NCBI GenBank assembly: GCA_964291285.2 | Contig: OZ219787.1 | Span: 896,001-960,000 of the forward strand | DNA length: 64,000 bases | Source: Alphaproteobacteria bacterium | GTDB taxonomy: Bacteria; Pseudomonadota; Alphaproteobacteria; Bin95 | Reading direction: 5' to 3' | Shown here: piece by piece, positions 9,327 through 17,301 of the stretch | Layout of the letters: each line of letters begins with the position of its first letter | How positions within the stretch are numbered: the first letter of the stretch is position 1 | Program-made: the position numbers and the translations under genes | Notes under the pieces: generated by a model | Databases searched by the model: none | What the model saw: the letters and a program-made list of their open reading frames with translations, nothing else | What the model was told of the DNA's origin: nothing

Positions 9327-9335
9327 CGCGTCGGC

Positions 9336-9737
9336 CTAGCCGGAATAGTCGGCATCGCTGACCTTATTGAACCACTCGGTCCCGCCGCCGTCGTCGCCGG
9401 TCTCGGACATGGCGAGATGCGTGAAGATGCTGTCGGGCGCGGCGCCGTGCCAGTGGCGTGCGTCAGGCGGGATGACGGCGGTATCGCCGGGCCTCAACTC
9501 CTCGACCGGCCCGCCTTCGATCTGCACGCGCCCGATCCCGGAGACGGCCCAGAGCGTCTGGCCGACCGGATGACGATGCCACGCCGTCCGCGCACCGGGA
9601 TTGAAGGTTACGTTCGTTGCCCGCATCCGCGAGGGAGCGGCGCCCACAAGCACTTCGTCCTGGTAGACATCGCCTGTGAACCGGTCGGCGGGCGCCTTCT
9701 TCGTCGCCCGGTCGCCGACCCTGTAAATCGTCAACAT
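9336..9737 (-). CDS. Cupin domain protein
   Basis: PGARTAWHRHPVGQTL and HWHGA; AAGGA RBS before MLTIY. Confidence 0.9.
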   Translation of the reverse strand: MLTIYRVGDRATKKAPADRFTGDVYQDEVLVGAAPSRMRATNVTFNPGARTAWHRHPVGQTLWAVSGIGRVQIEGGPVEELRPGDTAVIPPDARHWHGAAPDSIFTHLAMSETGDDGGGTEWFNKVSDADYSG

Positions 9738-10450
9738 TGGCGTTCCTTCCACGGCAGTCCTTTATGCCGGGCCGGAGAGTAACAGCGAGCCCGATCGGCT
9801 GTCGAGTTGAAGGGCGGCATGCCACATGGCGACATCTCCCGGTCGAATATCCGACCCGCAACCGGCGGCGGTTGCAGGGGCGCCGCGGGAAGCCGCCATA
9901 TTCGGGAAACGACGAGTCCCCATATGCTTTGCAGGGGAAGAGAATTCGGCCCAGGCGAGGTTGTTGACAGTTTGACATATGGCAGAAAAAAGACCCAAGG
10001 CCGGTTTCATCAACGGCGCGTTGCAATATGACCAGCTGTGCTTCCGATTTCGTGTTGACGGATATCTTTCGGCACATTGCGCTTTTCCCGCCACAGGAGA
10101 CAGGAGGACCGGGCGCCTCTTCCATCCGGCCTCGACCGGAGGCTGTTTATGTGTCATCCGCCCGCCCCGCATCATTCTCAAGAGGCGAATGGAGTGTCTC
10201 AAAAGCGGCCCGGCTACGGGGCCGCAGACAAAGTCGAGTTGAACCTCGACACGGCAAACGCCGGACGAATTACCTGACGGGCGTCGATGCGGCAATCATC
10301 GCCTGAGCGGTGCATAAATTGTGCGGGGGGCCGGACAATGGCCGGTAACGGCGAACGGTCAAGCCATTAGTGACCAAGGCGATGAAACCAACATCCTGCG
10401 TTCGGTACAAGCGCGCGCAGGGAAATGACGAACCCGCCTGCCGGAGACGG

Positions 10451-10714
10451 TCAGTCGTCGCGGGCTTCGACGATCACCCGCTTGCGCCCGCGCCGGACAA
10501 GATATCCGCCGCGCCGAATCGTAAGCTTGCCCTCTTGAATCAAGGCCCATAACGCATCGGCGATGACTTCGGCATTCTGATCCGTATCCGGCGCGTCCAC
10601 GGCCTGGCCGAGCCATTTGGCAAAAGCCTCGTCGGCTATGGAAGGGCCGAGCGACTTGCGAAGCGCATTGAGCTTGCGAAGTTGGCCCTTTGTCAGGGCA
10701 GTTTCATCAATCAT
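10451..10714 (-). CDS. Small basic hypothetical protein (87 aa)
   Basis: GGAGG RBS, AT-rich upstream region and protein-like composition (MIDETALTKGQLRKLNALRKSLG...). Confidence 0.7.
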   Translation of the reverse strand: MIDETALTKGQLRKLNALRKSLGPSIADEAFAKWLGQAVDAPDTDQNAEVIADALWALIQEGKLTIRRGGYLVRRGRKRVIVEARDD

Positions 10715-10805
10715 GTCGAGGCCTCCGTCAATCCATGTCCAGCGGACACGACAACAATATAGCAAATGCCAGCCAAAAATGTAACGCCTTATATAATTTC
10801 GTGTC

Positions 10806-12701
10806 TCAGGCTAAATTGTCGCGCCGGTCTCCTCCGTCGTCAAGTAATGCGACTTCCGGAACGCCCGGCGCTTCAAAACCGAGTATCCGCGCGAAGAAGG
10901 AAAGTTCGGCTTCCAGGGCGGCCACGATATTCTCGGCCCTTCTGAATCCGTGACCTTCACCTTCGAACAACAGCAGTGCGGCGGGAATTCTCCTGGCCCG
11001 GAGGGCGGCCGCCATGGCTTCGGTCTGACCGGGCGGCACGACCTTGTCCTCCGTGCCTTGCAGGAAGATGACGGGGCAGGAAATACCGTCGGCATGAAGC
11101 AACGGAGAGCGGGCATCGTAAATTGCCTCCGCCTCCGGTAGCGGGCCGATCAACCGGTCGAGATAACGACTCTCGAATTTGTGCGTATCCCGCGCAAGAG
11201 CCTTGAGGTCCCCGATGCCGTAAAGGCTCGCTCCGGCCCTGAAAACATCGCGGAACGCCAGCGCGGCAAGCGTCGTATATCCGCCGGCGCTGCCGCCCCG
11301 CACCACAAGCCGGTTCGCGTCCGCTTGTCCGGTATCGGCCAGCCATGCTGCCGCCGCGCAGCAATCGTCCACGTCGACCACGCCCCACTGACCGTCCAGC
11401 TGTTGGCGGAACGCGCGTCCGTAACCGGTACTGCCGCCATAATTGACGTCCACGACGGCAAAGCCGCGTGTCGTCCAATACTGGATGGCGGGCGAATAGC
11501 CGTTGTCCGAGGCGCCGGTCGGGCCGCCATGCGACCGCACGACCAGTGGCGGGCGCTCCCCCTCGGGTGCGGCGAAACCGGGATTCTTCGGCGCATAAAA
11601 CCACGCATGCGCGGTCCTTCCGCCACTTGTCGGAAAGGAGACCGCCTCGCCGCGCGAGACGAAATCCGGGTCGGGATCGTCCGGGGCGGAACGGGCCAGG
11701 GTTTCGCGTCTTCCGTCCTCGCGCAGCAGGTCGAGCCGGGCCGGCCGGTCGGTGTCGACGCCCAGCACCGCCCAGCCGCCATCGAAGGGCACGGGGCAGG
11801 ACGGCCGCGAGAATCCGGTTTCGAACGCGCCGCCCCGGAGCCGTTCGACGAAGACGCTGCCGTCCGACTCGTATCGGACGACCACGTCGCCGTCGCCGAG
11901 GCAGCGGTAGCTTTGAGCGCCGAGGCCCCAGAGCGGCCCGGCGAACTCCGCCGCCATGGGCTTCAATGCCTTGCCGGCCGCGCCGTCATGGACGTACAGG
12001 TTCCACCAGCCCGAGCGGTCCGAAATGTAATGCAGCCGCCCGTCCGCCGACCATGACGGCTGCAACACCGATTCGCCCGGCCCGCCCGCGACGGGCTTGC
12101 CGTCGAGCAGCAATTCGGTTGCATCCCACGGCATATCCGGATGGTCCCAGGCGATGCAGGCGAGGCGCCCGTCAGGGCCCGGCCTGGGCGCGGCGTAGGA
12201 GTCCCGCCCCGTGCAAACGGGTTCGCCATCGCCGATTCGGGCGGGGTCCAGGAGAACCACGCTGTTGACCGGTTCGCCGGCCCCGCGATGGTCCTCACGC
12301 ACAGCATAGATGCCGTCGGGGGCGAACGCGAAATCGGCGTAGCGCAAGGGCGCATCGGGTGTTATCTGCCTCGGTTCGCCATCGTCCCCGGCAAGCCAGA
12401 CGGTCCCGTCCGGGAAATGCGAAAAGACGATCAGGCCGTCAAGCGCGGCGTAAGCGCCGCCGCCATATTCATGCACCCGCGACCGCACATCGAACTGCGA
12501 GGGCAGGACTTCCCGGATTTCCCCGTTCCTGTAGCGCATGAGCACGCTGCGGCCCCGCTCGCGCGGCCGGCCTTCCAGCCAGTAGAGGCTTTCGCCGTCC
12601 GCGCGGACGAATGACAGACCGACTCCCGCTTCCGCAATCCTCTGCGCCGAGAGGTTCGAGACCCAGCTTCCATAGGGCCTGACGATAGGCTTGTCGGTCA
12701 T
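10806..12701 (-). CDS. S9 family prolyl oligopeptidase/acylaminoacyl peptidase
   Basis: HGGPT, GGSAGG nucleophile, QGTEDKVV and EGHGF. Confidence 0.95.
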   Translation of the reverse strand: MTDKPIVRPYGSWVSNLSAQRIAEAGVGLSFVRADGESLYWLEGRPRERGRSVLMRYRNGEIREVLPSQFDVRSRVHEYGGGAYAALDGLIVFSHFPDGTVWLAGDDGEPRQITPDAPLRYADFAFAPDGIYAVREDHRGAGEPVNSVVLLDPARIGDGEPVCTGRDSYAAPRPGPDGRLACIAWDHPDMPWDATELLLDGKPVAGGPGESVLQPSWSADGRLHYISDRSGWWNLYVHDGAAGKALKPMAAEFAGPLWGLGAQSYRCLGDGDVVVRYESDGSVFVERLRGGAFETGFSRPSCPVPFDGGWAVLGVDTDRPARLDLLREDGRRETLARSAPDDPDPDFVSRGEAVSFPTSGGRTAHAWFYAPKNPGFAAPEGERPPLVVRSHGGPTGASDNGYSPAIQYWTTRGFAVVDVNYGGSTGYGRAFRQQLDGQWGVVDVDDCCAAAAWLADTGQADANRLVVRGGSAGGYTTLAALAFRDVFRAGASLYGIGDLKALARDTHKFESRYLDRLIGPLPEAEAIYDARSPLLHADGISCPVIFLQGTEDKVVPPGQTEAMAAALRARRIPAALLLFEGEGHGFRRAENIVAALEAELSFFARILGFEAPGVPEVALLDDGGDRRDNLA

Positions 12702-12771
12702 GGCGGGGCGTTCCTCGTCGCGGAGCCTGCGCCATTGTCAACCGGCGCCGGCCAAGCTTCAATCGGCCGCG

Positions 12772-13245
12772 ATGGAGAGGGAAGCTCGCGAGACGGACGC
12801 CGGCGCGCTCTGGGATTTCGCCGTCCGGCTGTATGCCGAGCCCGGTGTCAGCGACGCCTGCCTCGCCCTGCAGGACAGGTTCGGTGTCGATGTGCCGCTG
12901 CTGCTCTGGGCCGCGTGGCTCGGCGACGGTGCGGATGCGGCGGCGCTCCGGGCCGGCGACCGGGCCGTCGGCCCCTGGCGGGCGCGGGCCGTGCGGCCAT
13001 TGCGGGCATTGCGGCGCCATCTCCGCCATACAGTGGCCGGGCTGGATGAGGATGCGCAGGAAGGCTGGCGCAGCTCCGTAAAGCGGCTGGAGATCGACGC
13101 GGAACGGATGGCGTTCGGTGTTCTGGCCAAAATCGGCCGGCGGCGTGGACACGCGAACCTCGTTCCCTTTGCCGCGGTGTTCGGTCTGGAACGCGGCTCC
13201 CCCGAGCTGGAACTGATAGAGGCGGCGGCGCGCCGGCTTGCATGA
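12772..13245 (+). CDS. TIGR02444/DUF2390 family protein
   Basis: LWDFAVRLYAEPGVSDACLALQDRFGVDVPLLL signature. Confidence 0.85.
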   Translation: MEREARETDAGALWDFAVRLYAEPGVSDACLALQDRFGVDVPLLLWAAWLGDGADAAALRAGDRAVGPWRARAVRPLRALRRHLRHTVAGLDEDAQEGWRSSVKRLEIDAERMAFGVLAKIGRRRGHANLVPFAAVFGLERGSPELELIEAAARRLA

Positions 13246-13266
13246 GCCCGCACGGCCGGCTTCCGG

Positions 13267-14052
13267 TCAGAGTTCCCAGGCCGGCGGGCGTTTTTCCAGG
13301 AAAGAGGCGGCGCCCTCGCGGCCTTCGTCGCTGGCCCAGCTTTCGGCGAAGGCGTAGAGGCCGTCGATACCCAGCGCATCGGGGCCGCTGCGGTCGTAGA
13401 GGTCGAGCGCGCGCTTGACGGCCGCGGCCGCGCCGGGCGCTGCGCCGAGGCAGCCGGCGACGGCTGCATCCAGTGCCCCGTCAAGGTCCTCGTCAGGCAC
13501 GGCGCGGTCGATGAGGCCGATGCGCTGGGCCTCGGCCGCGTCGAAGGCCTCCCCGGTGAACAGGTAACGCTTGTAGGCTGCCGTGCCGATGCGCGTCAGC
13601 AGCGCCTTGAGCGCGGCGGTCGGCACCACGCCCCGGCGAAGCTCCGTGAACGCGAAGCGCGCCCCGGCCCCGGCGATCGCAACATCGCTCGCCGCAATCA
13701 GGGTTATGCCGCCGCCAAATGCGCCGCCCTGCACCCGCGCGACAACCGGGCAGGGCAGGCAGGCGATCCGGTGGCTCAGCATCGAGCCGCGCAGCGCCGC
13801 CTGAAGCCGTTGTTCGGCAGGCGCGCTTCCCATGTGCCGGAACATGTTAATGTCGCCGCCTGCAGTGAAATGACGGCCTTCCGCGGCAAGAACCAGCAGG
13901 CGCAGATCCGCTCTGCCGTGCAGCGCATCGAGCGCGAGATGGATTTCCCGCATCGTCTCTGCGGTAAGCGCATTAAACCGGTCGGGACGCGCGAAAGTGA
14001 GTGTTGCAACGCCCCGCGCGTCTTCTTCCAGGCGTATAGTTTTCCATTCCAT
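13267..14052 (-). CDS. Enoyl-CoA hydratase/isomerase family protein
   Basis: RPDRFNAL, FTAGGD, AFGGG and FLEKRPPAW. Confidence 0.93.
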   Translation of the reverse strand: MEWKTIRLEEDARGVATLTFARPDRFNALTAETMREIHLALDALHGRADLRLLVLAAEGRHFTAGGDINMFRHMGSAPAEQRLQAALRGSMLSHRIACLPCPVVARVQGGAFGGGITLIAASDVAIAGAGARFAFTELRRGVVPTAALKALLTRIGTAAYKRYLFTGEAFDAAEAQRIGLIDRAVPDEDLDGALDAAVAGCLGAAPGAAAAVKRALDLYDRSGPDALGIDGLYAFAESWASDEGREGAASFLEKRPPAWEL

Positions 14053-14222
14053 GTCTGCTGCCTCCCGCGGCCTCCGTCATCGGTTCCTTCGGGCGCTTCT
14101 TTCGGCACTCGGAGGCTGACGGTTGCGAATCGTCGGTTCTGCGTGAAATCATGGCGACAGGCTGGGAAATTGGCTATGGTGCCGGTCCCAGGCTAATCTG
14201 GACCGACAGGCAGGGACGATTC

Positions 14223-14558
14223 ATGGACATCGGAGAGAGCAAGGAAGACGCCGTTTTTGTGCTCGAGCCCAAGGGCCGGCTCGACAGCGCGAATGCGCGC
14301 AGCTTCGAAGAGCGGGTGTTGGCTGCATTGGAGAAGGGCGAGAACGCCCTGCTCATCGATTTCGACAAGCTGGACTACATCAGTTCGGCCGGCCTGCGCG
14401 TGCTGCTGATGGGGGCGAAGCGGCTCCAGCAGTCCGGCGGCACGATTGCGCTCTGCGCGCTCAGCCCGAGCATCCATGAGGTCTTCGAGATCAGCGGTTT
14501 CCTCACTATCTTCACGGTGCATAGCGACAGGGCTGCGGCTCTGGCCGCTATGGGCTGA
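14223..14558 (+). CDS. STAS-domain anti-sigma-factor antagonist
   Basis: GRLD, LDYISSAGLRVLL and VFEISGF. Confidence 0.92.
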   Translation: MDIGESKEDAVFVLEPKGRLDSANARSFEERVLAALEKGENALLIDFDKLDYISSAGLRVLLMGAKRLQQSGGTIALCALSPSIHEVFEISGFLTIFTVHSDRAAALAAMG

Positions 14559-14563
14559 GTGCA

Positions 14564-15214
14564 ATGCTTCGTTTTGCCGAAGAAATCATGTTGCTGCTGC
14601 TAGACGATCAGGACGGCAGCTTTCTGCCGATTCCGGAATGGTCGATGCAGTGCGCCCTGGCCGGGGCGGTATTGATGGACTTGGCCCTGGATGACCGGAT
14701 CGACACCGATCTCGAATCTCTGATCCTTGTGGACGGGAAGTCTACAGGCGACCCGCTGCTCGATCCGACGCTGGAGCGCATCGTTGCTTCCGGGGAGGTG
14801 CATGGCGCCCGCTACTGGGTCGAGAACACGGCCTCCTATGCCGACGAAATCCGCGAGGCCGCGCTCGCCCGGCTCGTGGAGAACGGCGTCCTGAACCGGG
14901 AGGAGGACCGGTTCCTTTGGGTTTTCCGGTCGCGGCGTTACCCGACGGTGGACGGACGGGCGGAGCGGGAAGTCAAGCTCCGGATCATGGGCGTGCTGCT
15001 GTCGGACGAAATTCCCGACCCGCGCGATATCGTCATCATTTGCCTGTGCGACGCCTGCGGCATTTTCAATGAATTGCTGTCGCCGCGCGAATTGGAGCGC
15101 GCCCGCGGCCGTATCGACCAGGTGCGCAAGATGGACCTCATTGGCCAGGCGGTCGCGAAGTCGGTCTGGGAAATCCAGGCATCGCTGGCCATGGCGGCGC
15201 ATCCGGTCTACTAG
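14564..15214 (+). CDS. GPP34 (GOLPH3/Vps74-like) family protein
   Basis: AEEIMLLLLDD, LAGAVLMDLAL and TGDPLLD. Confidence 0.85.
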   Translation: MLRFAEEIMLLLLDDQDGSFLPIPEWSMQCALAGAVLMDLALDDRIDTDLESLILVDGKSTGDPLLDPTLERIVASGEVHGARYWVENTASYADEIREAALARLVENGVLNREEDRFLWVFRSRRYPTVDGRAEREVKLRIMGVLLSDEIPDPRDIVIICLCDACGIFNELLSPRELERARGRIDQVRKMDLIGQAVAKSVWEIQASLAMAAHPVY

Positions 15215-15416
15215 ACGGCATGGCCCCGGCGGGCCTTTCGGTTGTTGCCTGAGACGAAGGGTCGCGCCCGCCCCGCAGCGAAGAACGGGAAGGTCCGGTG
15301 AACGGTCTCCGGACGCTTCCGGGGCCGCAGAACGGGAGGACCTGACGGCGGCGGGCCGCCCCTGCCGCTGTCGAAACGGTGTTAGGCTGGGCAATCGTCT
15401 TCCAGGGAGCCCGGCG

Positions 15417-17060
15417 ATGACGCGCAATCTCGATCCGATCACCGTCTCCGTGGTCAGCCACCGCCTGACCGCCATCGTCGAGGAGATGGGCGAGGCGATG
15501 CTGCGCACCGCCTATTCGCAGATCCTCAACTCCTCGCGCGACTTCTCGGCCGCGATCTGCGACCGCGACTGCCGCCTCGTCGCGCAGGCCGAGCACATTC
15601 CCGTGCATGTCGGCGCGATGCCCTGGGCGGCCAAGGCGGTGTCCGCCCGCTTCGGCGAGGATGTGCATGAGGGCGACCTGTTCGTCGTCAACGACCCCTA
15701 TGCCGGCGGCGGCAGCCACCTGCCGGACGTGACCGTGTTCGCGCCCGTGTTCATCGCCGGGCGGCTTGCCTTCTGGACCATCAACCGCGCCCACCACAGC
15801 GACATCGGCGGCGCGACGCACGGGGCCTACAACCCCTCCGCCACCGAGATATTCCACGAGGGGCTGCGAATCCCGCCGCTCCGGCTCTGGGAGCGCGGCC
15901 GCCCGCGCGAGGACCTGCTGGAGATGCTGGCGCTGAACGTGCGCCACCCGCGCGACTTCAAGGGCGACCTTGCCGCGCAGATCGGCTCCGTGCGGCTCGG
16001 CGAAGCCCGGCTCCAGGCGCTGGTCGATACCTTCGACGCACAGACGGTGACGGCCGCCTGCGAGGCGGTGCTGGACGGCGCCGAGCGCCGGTCGCGCGCC
16101 GAGGTCGCGACCTGGAAGGAGGGCGTGTTCCACGGCGAGGCGTTCCTCGACGACGACGGCCACGGCCGGCACGACATCGCCATCCGCGCCACCGCCACGG
16201 TCCGGGACGGCGAGGTGGCGGTGGACCTGAGCGCGTCCGACCCGCAGAGCACCGCCTTCGTGAACTCCAGCCACGCCAATACGGTCTCGGCGGTCACCCA
16301 GTCCTTCGCCTACCTGATCGACCCGGAGATCCCGAAGAACGAGGGCGCGTTCCGCCCGCTCTCGGTCAAGCTCAGGGAAGGCACGATCGTGTGGGCCGAA
16401 GACGGCCTTCCGGTCACCATGTGCACCTCGCATTGCGGCAACGAGATCATCGAGGCCACGGTCACCGCGCTCGCGCAGTCCTGCCCGGCGCGCACCATGG
16501 CCGGGTGGGGCCGGCGGCTGCGCATCGCCATCAAGGGCCGGGACCCGCGCAACGGGCGCGGCTTCATCTGGCACATGTTCTACGCCCGGCCCGGCGGCGG
16601 CGGTTCGCCGGGCGGCGACGGCTGGCACTCGGTCGGCGAGTGGCATTCCGCCGGCGGGCTCAAGTTCGGCAGCGTCGAGGTGGCGGAGGTCCGCTTCCCG
16701 CTGCATATCGCCCGCCACGAGTTCCGTCCGGGCTCGGGCGGGGCCGGGGAATACCGGGGCGGCTGCGGGGCGGAGCTGGAGCTGCGCGTCGAGACGGAGG
16801 AGCCGGCCGTCGCCAACACGGCGGGCGACGGCGTGCGCTACGGCGCGCGCGGCATTCTCGGCGGCGAGGACGGGCTGCCGCACCGCTATATCCACCACGG
16901 CTCCGGCGGCGGGCGTGTGCTCCCCAGCAAGCTGGTCGGCATCGAAGTGGCCCCGGGCGACGTGTTCGAGGTGCTGTCGGGAGGCGGCGGCGGCTGGGGC
17001 GACCCGGCGCGCCGCCCGGAAGCCCTGGCGGAGGCCGACCGGCTCGACGGCGTGGCCTGA
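15417..17060 (+). CDS. Hydantoinase B/oxoprolinase family protein
   Basis: DPITVSV, EEMG, NDPY, HLPD, HHSDIGG and GGGGWGDP. Confidence 0.93.
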   Translation: MTRNLDPITVSVVSHRLTAIVEEMGEAMLRTAYSQILNSSRDFSAAICDRDCRLVAQAEHIPVHVGAMPWAAKAVSARFGEDVHEGDLFVVNDPYAGGGSHLPDVTVFAPVFIAGRLAFWTINRAHHSDIGGATHGAYNPSATEIFHEGLRIPPLRLWERGRPREDLLEMLALNVRHPRDFKGDLAAQIGSVRLGEARLQALVDTFDAQTVTAACEAVLDGAERRSRAEVATWKEGVFHGEAFLDDDGHGRHDIAIRATATVRDGEVAVDLSASDPQSTAFVNSSHANTVSAVTQSFAYLIDPEIPKNEGAFRPLSVKLREGTIVWAEDGLPVTMCTSHCGNEIIEATVTALAQSCPARTMAGWGRRLRIAIKGRDPRNGRGFIWHMFYARPGGGGSPGGDGWHSVGEWHSAGGLKFGSVEVAEVRFPLHIARHEFRPGSGGAGEYRGGCGAELELRVETEEPAVANTAGDGVRYGARGILGGEDGLPHRYIHHGSGGGRVLPSKLVGIEVAPGDVFEVLSGGGGGWGDPARRPEALAEADRLDGVA

Positions 17061-17120
17061 GCGGGGGTCCACGGCCTGCCCCCGGCGCCCCCGCCGATAC
17101 GCGGAGGCGTGTCCCTAAAC

Positions 17121-17250
17121 CGTCACCCCGGACTTGATCCGGGGCCCATCTCCGGCTCTCTCGGCGGACGCAGGCGGTTCGATCTTGTTCCGAACGGCCG
17201 CGGCAGGCACAGACAGTCAGGGATGGCCCCGGATCAAGTCCGGGGTGACG
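17121..17250. repeat. REP/RPE-like palindromic element between convergent genes
   Basis: Perfect 24-bp inverted repeat CGTCACCCCGGACTTGATCCGGGG / CCCCGGATCAAGTCCGGGGTGACG. Confidence 0.85.
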
Positions 17251-17301
17251 CTGTTTGTCTGTTCGTCCGTCCTCGTCCCGTCCGCCACCGGACCGCCGCC
17301 C

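Noticed and set aside
6648-9782. 1044-aa ORF on the + strand
   Set aside because: Antisense shadow of four well-supported minus-strand genes in high-GC DNA, with no motifs
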